This document shows, piece after piece, positions 53,914 through 62,982 of a stretch of 64,000 nt of DNA (its first letter is position 1; each line of letters begins with the position of its first letter). Below the pieces are notes generated by a model. It saw nothing but the letters and a program-made list of their open reading frames with translations, was not told where the DNA came from and did not search any database. The stretch is from an uncultured delta proteobacterium (lineage in GTDB: Bacteria > Desulfobacterota > RBG-13-43-22), in assembly GCA_963843145.1 (NCBI GenBank), contig CAWJJC010000020.1, forward strand, positions 320,001 to 384,000, read 5' to 3'. A program made the position numbers and the translations under genes.

Positions 53914-55717
53914 TTAAAAGAGAATTTTTGATCCCGTCATCAAAAAGTGTTCGACGACAGGACCCAAGGCCAGGGCCGGAAGAAAGGTCAAGGCCCCGAC
54001 GATTACGACCGTACCCACTAAGACGAGGGTAAAGGTCAAACCCCAGACGGGGAAGCTCCCTCCGGATGAGGGAACGAGTTTTTTCCCGGCCAGACTCCCG
54101 GCCAGGGCCATGACCGGCACCAGCATGATAAACCGTCCGAAAAGCATGCCCAAGCCCAGGGTGGTGTTGTACCAGGGGGTATTACCGCTCAGTCCGGCAA
54201 AGGCACTGCCGTTATTGCCGGTGGCCGAAGAGTAGGCATAGAGTATCTCACTCAACCCATGGGGGCCGCCGTTATTCAAGCCGGCCAATCCCCATTTACT
54301 GACCAGGGCCCAGGCCGAGAAGCCGAGGATGCTGAAGATCAAGATCATCAGGGCCAGAACGCTCACCTTCACGTCGTAGGGCTCTATCTTTTTACCGAGA
54401 TACTCGGGGGTTCGGCCAACCATCAGGCCGGTCAAGAATACGGCGAGGATGACAAAAATCAGCATCCCATACAGTCCCGCACCCACTCCCCCGAAAACGA
54501 CCTCGCCCAACTGGATATTAAAAAGGGGAATCAGTCCTCCGAGGGGGGTAAAGGAATCATGCATGGCATTGACGGCACCACAGGAGGCGCCCGTGGTGAT
54601 AGTGGCAAAAAGGGCCGAGTTGAAGATCCCGAAACGGACCTCTTTCCCTTCCATATTCCCGCTCACCGGGTCCAGGCCAAGGGCCTGCAGGCGCGGATTA
54701 CCGGCCGATTCCGCCCACCAGCAGACCAGGACGGCACTGAGGAAGAGGATGGTCATGGCGCTCCAGACGGCCCAACCATGCTTTTGATTTTTGACCATGC
54801 GGCCCAGATAATAGGTCAGGCCGCTGGGGATGAGAAAGATGGCCAGCATCTGAAAAAAATTGGATAAAGGGGTCGGGTTCTCATAAGGATGGGCGGCGTT
54901 GGCGTTGAAAAAACCGCCGCCGTTGGTCCCCAGCATCTTGATGGCCACCTGGGAGGCAACCGGACCCTGGGGAAGGGTCTGTTGTGTCCACCTTCTGATC
55001 GATCAGCACCGGGTTGCCCCGGGCATCCTTGATCTCCTGACCGCGGGCGTCCTTTTTAGGTACCTGGATGGTCATGGGTTCGATGAGCCTGGCCGAATCA
55101 TAGGCCTTAAAGTTCTGGATCATGCCCTGTGAGACTAAGAAGACGGCCAGTACCAGGCTGATCGGCAGCAGCAGATAAAGGTTCCCCCGTATTAAATCAA
55201 CCCAGAAGTTGCCGATTGTTTTGGCCGAATGTCGGGCAATGCCGCGTACCAGGGCCGCGGCTGCGGCCAGGCCCACGGCGGCTGAGGCGAAGTTATGAAA
55301 AACAAGACCCACCATCTGGGAGAAATAGGAGAGGGTTGATTCACCACCGTAATTTTGCCAATTGGTATTGGTGGTGAAACTGACCGCGGTATTGAAGGCC
55401 AGGTCGGCGGGAACCGGCCCGAAGCCTTGGGGGTTGAGGGGCAGTAGATGCTGGAGTCGAAGGATTACATAGGTAAACAATAGCCCGATCAGACTGAACA
55501 GGAGCAAAGAGAAGGTATAGCCTTTCCAGTCCTGCTCCTTTTTTGGGTCCAAACCCAAGAACCGGTACAATACCCGTTCTAAGGGTCTTAGAACCGGGTC
55601 CAGAAAGGTCTTGCCTTCGGCATCCATGACCTGAACCAGATATAGTCCTATGGGTTTAGTCAGTGCCAAAAGAATCAGCATAAAAAGGGTCAGTTGAATC
55701 CATCCGTAAAGATCCAT
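53914..55717 (-). CDS. kdpA: K+-transporting ATPase subunit A, one +1 frameshift at about 54982 (probably a sequence error)
   Basis: [22 protein letters not shown] and NNGSAFAG. Removing one A restores [17 protein letters not shown]. Confidence 0.9.
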
Positions 55718-55733
55718 CGATGTTATCCCTTCA

Positions 55734-55817
55734 TCAAAACTTTTCAGGCCGAAGAACGGTTATAAAGAGATAAACGATCAGGATCAGCCCGATAATCAAT
55801 CCAATAATATCCGACAT
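55734..55817 (-). CDS. kdpF: KdpF, 27 aa (below the ORF-track cutoff)
   Basis: MSDIIGLIIGLILIVYLFITVLRPEKF* carries the YL..LRPEKF signature. Confidence 0.9.
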   Translation of the reverse strand: MSDIIGLIIGLILIVYLFITVLRPEKF

Positions 55818-55818
55818 G

Positions 55819-55902
55819 TTAAAGCCTTTCACAGGCCCGCAGGTACAGGACACACAAGCCGAAAAAACCGATTGAAATTAAAATATAGATCATATCACTC
55901 AT
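55819..55902 (-). CDS. Second 27-aa single-TM micropeptide upstream of kdpF
   Basis: MSDMIYILISIGFFGLCVLYLRACERL*; ATGA overlap with the kinase stop, AAGGAGGA RBS, 1 nt gap to kdpF. Confidence 0.75.
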   Translation of the reverse strand: MSDMIYILISIGFFGLCVLYLRACERL

Positions 55903-57743
55903 GAATGATCCTCCTCCTTCGATAGATGATCCACCCTTTTCAGGGTAAAGATAAAGGTGCTCCCTTTCCCTTCCTGACTTTCTACATCCACGGTCCCCCC
56001 GTGGGCTTCGATAATCTCTTTGACAATAGACAAACCCAGTCCGGCCCCCGACTCTTTTTCCTGATCAGGAACACGAAAGAATTGTTCGAAGATCCTGGGG
56101 AGATATTGACTGGGAATTCCCTTCCCCGTATCGGTAACGGAAAAACGGACCTCCTTTTCTTCCGCTCTGGCTGAGAAGGTAATCATGCCGCCGGGCGGGG
56201 TGTATCTAAGGGCATTGGAAAGAAGATTGCCAAAGACATAATAGATCCTGGTCGGATCGGCCCAGACGTCGGGTAAGTCCCCGGGAATATCGACTTGTAA
56301 GGTCACCCCCTGGTCGTGGGATGCCCTCCAAAAAGGTTCCAGGGCTTCCATTTGCAGAGAATTCGGGGAAACCGCCTTAAATTCCATCCTGGTCTTGCCC
56401 GATTCAATACGGCTGATATCCAGGAGGCTATGGAGGATATTATGCAGCCGGTCGCTGTCTTCCCGGGCGGCCAAAAGTAGTTCGACCTGTTTTTCGGTAA
56501 GGTGTCCAACTTTTTCTTCCAGCAGGAGGTGGATGGCCATACGTATGGAGGTCAGAGGTGTTTTCAGTTGATGGGATACGGTCGAAATCATCCCTCTTTT
56601 TATCTCATCCTGCTGCCGGAGTTGGGTGACGTCCTGAAGGACCATCACCACCCCGGTGGGCTGTCTCTCCCGGTCGAGGATAGGAACCGCCTCCGGATGA
56701 AAATATCGTTCTTCCCCCTGGATGAAATGCTGAAAGACCCCTTGGCTGTTTTTTAGATTAACCGTACGGCCCTGCTTGATGGCCTCCTGATACAATTCCG
56801 CCATCCATCCAAAGGGCAAGGAGCTAAGGGAGATGTTCGGATGGAGTCCAAAGGAATTCCTGGCTGTTTCGGTGGCCACCTCTACCTTGCCCTCCAGGTC
56901 GATAACCGCTATCGCCTCCGGAAGGCTGTTGAAGGCCTGTTGTGTGGCCTGCTGGACCCGAATGAGGTGGGCCTGATCCGAGCGGCGAAACTCCCTGAGG
57001 CTGGTGGCCATGTCATTAAAGGCCTGGGAAAGATGACCGATTTCGTCCCGGGAAGAGCTTTGGACAACCAGATCCAGGTTTCCTTTTCGGATTTCATCGG
57101 TAGATTGGATCAGGCGGTTAATAGGGCGCAAGACCCATTTCCCGAAAAAAAATAAAAATCCTACGGCGATGATCATTCCCGCCAATAAAAGAAAAACCAT
57201 CTCCCTTTTAGCCGTAGCGGCACTCCGGCGGGCCCGATCATTGGCTTCGTGCATATTTTGCTGGTTCATTTGAAGGATTTCGTTGGCGATCCCTTTAATA
57301 TGGTCGAACAAAGGAAGGAGTTCGTTAAAATAAGTCTGACGACGATGATCGATTGAAAGGGGACTACCCACTACATCCTTAAGGGAGCTTTTGTATTGAT
57401 TGTAATTCTTTTGCAGCAGCGCAGCCTTTTCACCTTCACCGGGAAGGGTGATATTGTTCAATTCCACCTGAAGGGCCTTTTCAAAGGCCTTTTCATTGAT
57501 ACGAATCTGTTCGTCGCCTTTTTGGGTGTATCCTTGAAGCGAAAAAAGGATTCCGCTGTCAATACGTTCCAGGGCTTCTTTGATCTCCTGACAGGCGATG
57601 ACACTCCGGTAATTCTCACGGAGGATGACATCGATGGAATCTCCCAATCGGCTAAGTTGAATGATACTCTGGATTCCGATTAATAAAATGATAATCAGCA
57701 ACCCGCCGAAGCCGAGAGATATTTTTTGGCGAAGACCTAACAC
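55899..57743 (-). CDS. Membrane sensor kinase (four-helix periplasmic, HAMP, PAS, HisKA, HATPase), KinB-like
   Basis: ILRENYRSV, SRDEIGHL, VSHQLKTPLTSI, NLLSNALRYT and GAGLGLSI. GTG start at 57743 after AAGGAAGGA. Confidence 0.9.
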   Translation of the reverse strand: MLGLRQKISLGFGGLLIIILLIGIQSIIQLSRLGDSIDVILRENYRSVIACQEIKEALERIDSGILFSLQGYTQKGDEQIRINEKAFEKALQVELNNITLPGEGEKAALLQKNYNQYKSSLKDVVGSPLSIDHRRQTYFNELLPLFDHIKGIANEILQMNQQNMHEANDRARRSAATAKREMVFLLLAGMIIAVGFLFFFGKWVLRPINRLIQSTDEIRKGNLDLVVQSSSRDEIGHLSQAFNDMATSLREFRRSDQAHLIRVQQATQQAFNSLPEAIAVIDLEGKVEVATETARNSFGLHPNISLSSLPFGWMAELYQEAIKQGRTVNLKNSQGVFQHFIQGEERYFHPEAVPILDRERQPTGVVMVLQDVTQLRQQDEIKRGMISTVSHQLKTPLTSIRMAIHLLLEEKVGHLTEKQVELLLAAREDSDRLHNILHSLLDISRIESGKTRMEFKAVSPNSLQMEALEPFWRASHDQGVTLQVDIPGDLPDVWADPTRIYYVFGNLLSNALRYTPPGGMITFSARAEEKEVRFSVTDTGKGIPSQYLPRIFEQFFRVPDQEKESGAGLGLSIVKEIIEAHGGTVDVESQEGKGSTFIFTLKRVDHLSKEEDHS

Positions 57744-57778
57744 GGCAATCCTTCCTTGGTTAATGTTCTTTTCAACAT

Positions 57779-57795
57779 AGCAAATGCCAGGCCAA
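57779..57795 (-). promoter_or_regulatory. sigma54 promoter for the kinase-kdp operon
   Basis: Minus strand TTGGCCTGGCATTTGCT (GG-N10-GC); IHF-like TTACAATAAGTTA at 57809-57821; repeated TTTGCAAGA at 57837 and 57897. Confidence 0.75.
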
Positions 57796-57983
57796 GTCAT
57801 TCTCGATCTAACTTATTGTAAGAAATAGATTTTTATTTGCAAGAACGAATTGCGACCTTGCATTTCCCAAGAAAACAGGTGAAAAGCTTATTGAAATTTG
57901 CAAGACGGATGCGGAGAAGGTCAGCGTGAACCGTCAGGCAGTCCGGTCGTTGTGCGGGTGGGCAAAAATCAGGGCGAGTGTTC

Positions 57984-59324
57984 TTAGATCCCGTACTTCT
58001 TGCGGCGGCGCCAGAGGGTGGCCTGATCGATGCCCAGAATGTCGGCCGCTTCTTGCAGTGATCGGGGGGTGGCCAGGATTCTGCGGATGTGCAGTTCTTC
58101 GATTTTTTCCAGGGTAAGGGAGTCACCTATTTTGGGCGGGGATTCATGGGGATTGAGATTTTGGGGGAAACACTCGACGCCGACGTGACCGGTTTGACAA
58201 AGGATGGCCGTCCGCTCGATGAGATTGCTTAACTCCCTGACGTTTCCCGGCCAGGAGTATTGTTTAAGTCCCTTCAAGGCTTCCTCGGTAAAGCCGGCAA
58301 AGACCCGGTGATTGTTCCGGCCATAAAAAGCCAATAATTTTTCGGCGAGTATGGTGATATCATCCGGTCGTTCCCGCAAGGGGGGGATTTCGATCGGAAT
58401 CACGTTAAGCCGGAAAAAGAGATCTTCCCGGAACCGCCCCTCTTGCACCGCCTTTTCCAAATCCACGTGGGTAGCCGTTATCAGACGCACATCGCCCTTT
58501 CGGGTGACGGTATCTCCGACCCGTTCATATTCCCTTCCCTGGACGAAGCGCAACAGCTTGGGTTGTACGGCCAGGGGCAAATCACCGATCTCGTCGAGAA
58601 AGAGGGTTCCGCCCTCGCAAGCGGCCACCCGGCCCGGGTTGTCCCGAACGGCCCCGGTAAAAGCCCCCTTGACATGCCCGAAGAGTTCGCTCTCCAGCAA
58701 TTCCGCAGAAAAAGTGGGACAGGAAATAATGCCCAGCGGTTTGGCCGCCCGCCTGCTCCAGGAGTGAATCATTCGGGCCAGAACGGTCTTGCCGGTTCCG
58801 CTTTCTCCGCGTATAAGGATGGTGGCTTCGGACGGGGCCGCCTGGCGGGCCAGATTGATGGCCCGTTGCATAACCGGGGAAGTGCTGGAAAATTCCGTCT
58901 CCGGATGGGATCTGCCCAGGTCTTCCTGCAAAGCGGCGACCCTTTGCTCCAAGGCCCGCAGCTCAATCATTTTTTGAACGGCCAGTTTTACTTGGGCCGG
59001 GGTGAACGGTTTAGGAAGGTAATCGGTGGCCCCCCGCCGCATGGCCTCGACGGCCGTATCGATGGAGGCGTAGGCCGTAATGACGACAATCTTGAGCCAG
59101 GGCGTTTGCGCCAGTAAGGCCGGAATCAGATCCAAACCGTTTTCCGTGCCGAGGCGCAGGTCTACCAGGGCCAGTTCAAAAGACCTCCGTGCGGTCTCCG
59201 TTAAGGCATCCTGAAAATTGCTGACGGCCAAAACCTTGTGCCCTTCGGTCTCGAGGCAGACCGCTAGGGTCTTGCGAATGGTGACTTCATCATCCACTAT
59301 CAGGATATTCAAGGCCGGCTTCAT
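57984..59324 (-). CDS. sigma54-dependent response regulator (NtrC family, AlgB-like)
   Basis: REC (LVDLRLG), GESGTGKT, ELFGHVKGAFTGA, FLDEIG, WPGNVREL and Fis HTH. Confidence 0.95.
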   Translation of the reverse strand: MKPALNILIVDDEVTIRKTLAVCLETEGHKVLAVSNFQDALTETARRSFELALVDLRLGTENGLDLIPALLAQTPWLKIVVITAYASIDTAVEAMRRGATDYLPKPFTPAQVKLAVQKMIELRALEQRVAALQEDLGRSHPETEFSSTSPVMQRAINLARQAAPSEATILIRGESGTGKTVLARMIHSWSRRAAKPLGIISCPTFSAELLESELFGHVKGAFTGAVRDNPGRVAACEGGTLFLDEIGDLPLAVQPKLLRFVQGREYERVGDTVTRKGDVRLITATHVDLEKAVQEGRFREDLFFRLNVIPIEIPPLRERPDDITILAEKLLAFYGRNNHRVFAGFTEEALKGLKQYSWPGNVRELSNLIERTAILCQTGHVGVECFPQNLNPHESPPKIGDSLTLEKIEELHIRRILATPRSLQEAADILGIDQATLWRRRKKYGI

Positions 59325-59390
59325 GGAGTCTTTTCCCTTTTACGAAAAATAATCTTTGCAATAAAAAGCAAATTATTATCAGGTAGTTAA

Positions 59391-60318
59391 TTAACGGGTG
59401 GCTTTGAATTCCCGGGCCTTTACGGCTTCCTCCAGGCTGACTAAGATCTCACCGCACTGGGCGCTTATTTTTCTTTTCCTTCCGAGGGATAGTTCGAAGG
59501 ATTTGATATTGGTATTCTGGCGGGATAGATCGATCACTTGGGTGGTTACTTTCTCCAACGCATTGAAGGCGGTCTTGGCTTCCTGGTAGGCCTCCTGCTT
59601 CCCCGGACCAACCAGGCCCTTCAAGGTTTTCAGAGACTCGTTAATCTCCTGCTCGTGCTGTTTGATGGACGCTTCGATTTTATCCATCCGCTGATCATCG
59701 GTTGCGGCGATATGCGGGGCCTGGAGATAATGAATTTTTAACCCGGCGGTCAAGGCCCGGCAAGCCAGGTTAGGGATACGGGCGTCCGCCTGGCTGTCCG
59801 GTTGGATCGAAATCAAGCTGTTTAGTGCTTTTTCAAAACGGTTCACCGCCTCCTCGGCCGGTCCGAAAGATAGACGAGCGGCCTTGAGATTTGTGTTTTT
59901 AACGGCAAAATCGAGAAGTTCCCGATCCGATTTTTCGAAACTCCGCCCAGCAGCCGTCGAACTCCTGCAACAGCTTCAATTCCTGATTGGAATGATCCTT
60001 ATCCATCAGCAGGCCGATTGCTCGACGGTCCCGCTCCACCAAATCCGCAGCCTTCAGGGATTGGTCGGCGAAGGTTTTCGATTCTTCGTCGGTATCCGCC
60101 ATAACGGCACTCTTTTCGGCCTCAACGGATCGGAGGAGGTTGATCTGCATCCGCGACAAGATGTCCAGTTTTTTGGACAGGATGCCGACCACGTCTTTCA
60201 AATCCAGATCAGATCCCTGACAGCTCAAAATCAGCAGCAAGACCGGCATTAAAAGGATCAACCGATGAAATCCAAACCTTTTAAAACGACTGGACAATAA
60301 AAAAGAAATTATTCTCAT
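59391..60318 (-). CDS. Putative lipoprotein with MCP-type four-helix bundles, frameshifted at about 59927
   Basis: LLLILSC lipobox-like and AEKSAVMADTDEES. Removing one G joins RKIDRELLDFAVKNTNLKAA to the 59391-59846 ORF. Confidence 0.65.
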
Positions 60319-62219
60319 ATTGGACCCCTCTTTACGGAATTTCCTCTGTTCTCTACGGCCTCGGGTTCCTGACGGGCCGCAACGGATTTCTGGCTATAGG
60401 TGATATCAAACGCAAATTGGGGAAAGAGCCGCGGCAGCCGCATCAGGTTAAAGACCATCACTCCGATCGAAAAACGGTCCAGCCAGGAGGAGAGTGGCCA
60501 GCCGAAGTGGACGTAAACTCGCCGGTGGGGAAATTCATATTCCACCACTTTTAAGATACTCACCATGCGGTGATAAAGGCTGATCCGGGTCAGCGGGAAA
60601 AGAAAGTGATTTTCCGCCTCCTTGGGAGGGGCCCCGGCCCGGGGGGAATAGAAGGTCAGGTAGGCCGCGTTTTTTCGGACCGGCCCCCCTTCTTTTTCCG
60701 TACGCCTGAAAAACAAATGGATCTCCGGGTCGTCCTCCTGGGAAAGGAAAAGAATCATGGCCATTTCATTGTCGGCCTTGGCGATTTCCTTCAGTTCCGG
60801 CGCCCGGCGCCGGGCCACCAGAAACCCGGCCAGGAGCACTCCGCCGGTGACCGAAGCCCAGAGGGTGGTGCCGTGGGGTTTGTCAATGGCCAGAAAGATG
60901 AAGCAACTGACCATGATCACCCAGATGATCAGGGTGCCCAGCCGGCTGGTATTATAAGAAATAACCTCTTTAGTCCCCTTCAGGTAACGGTAAATGATCA
61001 AGGCCCCCATGTTGATGCAGAAACTGGCCACCAGGCCGATGGCGTACATGTCGGCCAGGATCATCTGGCTGCCGGAAGTAATGAAGATGATCGTGGAAAA
61101 CAGGGAGGCGTTGATCAAGTGGATCCGATACAGGGAACTGCGACGGTTGGTCTTAATCAGCCAGAGAAAGCCGTACCGGTGGGCGATGCGCTCGATGAGT
61201 TCGCTCGAGGCCACAAAGGCGGTGTTGACGGCCATGATCAGGGTGAAGCTGGCCAGAGAGGCCACGGCAACCCCAAAGGGTACCCCGTTGATCAAAGTGG
61301 CGTAATGGGTAATTAAATCCCCCTCGTGGGCCTTAAAATCGATAGGGGCCGATAGGGCCAGGGCCGCTACCAGGGGGGTGACGATGCCCACGGTCAAGGC
61401 CAGAAAGATATAAGAACGGCGAATCTCCCGCCAATTCTTGACCAGCCCGGCGGTTTGCAGGACGGATTCCACACCCGAATAGGCCAGGATACAGAAGGCC
61501 ACGCTGGAGATGAAATGGTCATAGCTGGTAACGACGGAACCTCGGTACAAGGTAGAAAACCCGTCACCCAGGGAGGTCTGCATTCGATTAAATGAGGGGA
61601 GATCCAGCGATAGTATCCCCGAGGTTATTAAATTCAGGAAGACGAAGGCGGCCAACACGAAAATCATGAAGGTAAAACGGGCATTCTCCTTGATCCCCAG
61701 GATGTTCAACCCGGCCATGGCCCAGAGGATGGCCAGCACCAGCATGATCCGCAGGGGCTCGGACTGGGCCAGGGCCGGGAAGAAAGAAACACTGTTCAAA
61801 ACCGCACTGACCGAGGAGATGCAGGCGGTCAGGATATAATCGACCATGATGGAGGCCACGGCCACAAAGGAGATCGAGGGGCCAAGAACGAGGTAAGAAA
61901 ATGAATAGACGCCGCCGCCTATCAGGCCGTGATGTTCGAGGATTTCAGCGATTTCGACCAGACGGGTGGAGAGAAACCGGATCAACAGGGAGGTGACGGC
62001 AATGAAGAAAATGGCGCTCAAACCGATAAAGCGATAGGCCTCGGCAGGAGCATAAAAAACCGAGGTGAGTTCGTCCATCAGGGTGATGACCCCGACCGCC
62101 AGAAAGGTCAGCCAGACCCGGCCCCCTTGGTTGAAGGAAAGGAGGTTCCGCTGCCGAAATAGTTTGATAAATATGAGCAGCAGGCCGATATTCAAAAAAG
62201 CGAGAAAAAGAGTCTTCAA
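60315..62219 (-). CDS. APC-fold permease, KimA/KUP-like putative K+ symporter
   Basis: DELTSVFY, GGGVY, VDYILT, NILGIKE, SGVESV, NTAF and YAIG parallel the KimA motifs as I recall them. Confidence 0.75.
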   Translation of the reverse strand: MKTLFLAFLNIGLLLIFIKLFRQRNLLSFNQGGRVWLTFLAVGVITLMDELTSVFYAPAEAYRFIGLSAIFFIAVTSLLIRFLSTRLVEIAEILEHHGLIGGGVYSFSYLVLGPSISFVAVASIMVDYILTACISSVSAVLNSVSFFPALAQSEPLRIMLVLAILWAMAGLNILGIKENARFTFMIFVLAAFVFLNLITSGILSLDLPSFNRMQTSLGDGFSTLYRGSVVTSYDHFISSVAFCILAYSGVESVLQTAGLVKNWREIRRSYIFLALTVGIVTPLVAALALSAPIDFKAHEGDLITHYATLINGVPFGVAVASLASFTLIMAVNTAFVASSELIERIAHRYGFLWLIKTNRRSSLYRIHLINASLFSTIIFITSGSQMILADMYAIGLVASFCINMGALIIYRYLKGTKEVISYNTSRLGTLIIWVIMVSCFIFLAIDKPHGTTLWASVTGGVLLAGFLVARRRAPELKEIAKADNEMAMILFLSQEDDPEIHLFFRRTEKEGGPVRKNAAYLTFYSPRAGAPPKEAENHFLFPLTRISLYHRMVSILKVVEYEFPHRRVYVHFGWPLSSWLDRFSIGVMVFNLMRLPRLFPQFAFDITYSQKSVAARQEPEAVENRGNSVKRGPI

Positions 62220-62298
62220 AACAAACTTCCTTCGGATACCCTAAGGATTATTTTACCCAGGTATTGTTTCAAGGTTCGGATTTCAGGGTTCGAACTAG

Positions 62299-62982
62299 TT
62301 ACGGCTTTTCTCCGCCTTCCCCCAGGTCGATCGGGCCCAGTTGGCGGCGGGCGGTGATCCTTTCCAAATTGCCCCCGGCCGGCTGGTAGGTGGGATCGAT
62401 CTCCAGGGCCGCCCGGTAAAACCGCTGGGCCTCCAACCGGTCATGCCGAATCTCCAATAGCGCCCCGAACAGGTTATAGGCCTCGGGCCGGGCCGGATCG
62501 GCAGCGACGGCCCGGCGGGCGATTTCACCGGCGGTTTCAAAATCCCCCTCCCGGATATAGTGGCGGATTCGTTCGATCAAGGCCCAATAGTCGGCCGGCT
62601 TACTCCCTTCCATGTCCCGGCGTTCCAAGACCTTGGCCACCAGTCCCCGGATTTCGCCCGGACTGAAGGGTTTACGGATAAAATCCACGGCCCCTAGTTT
62701 CATGGCCTCGACGGCGTATTCAATGCTCCCATGGGCCGTGATCATAATCACCTGTATTTCAGGCCGGGATTCCCGGATGCGGCGCAGGACTTCCAGCCCA
62801 TCCATTCCCGGCAGCTTCAGATCAAGGAGTACCAGACTGAAATCGGACTCCTGAAGCTTTTGCAGGGCTTCTTCTCCATCGCCGGCAGTCTGGACCGGCA
62901 TCCCCAGGGTATCCAGGGTTTGAGACAAGGTCAGACGAATATTCTTTTCGTCATCCACCACCAGAATTTTTTTCATTTTCAT
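62299..62982 (-). CDS. Response regulator REC plus TPR-like domain, no DNA-binding domain
   Basis: ILVVDDEKN, LLDLKLPGMDG, KPF; TPR PEAYNLFGALLE..YRAALEIDPTY. Confidence 0.85.
   Translation of the reverse strand: MKMKKILVVDDEKNIRLTLSQTLDTLGMPVQTAGDGEEALQKLQESDFSLVLLDLKLPGMDGLEVLRRIRESRPEIQVIMITAHGSIEYAVEAMKLGAVDFIRKPFSPGEIRGLVAKVLERRDMEGSKPADYWALIERIRHYIREGDFETAGEIARRAVAADPARPEAYNLFGALLEIRHDRLEAQRFYRAALEIDPTYQPAGGNLERITARRQLGPIDLGEGGEKP

Noticed and set aside
54960-55000. Programmed frameshift in kdpA
   Set aside because: No slippery heptamer is visible; similar single-base indels occur in unrelated genes, favouring sequence error.
55016-55054. Duplicated KDARG segment in a KdpA periplasmic loop
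   Set aside because: Short in-frame loop insertion with no evidence of functional novelty.
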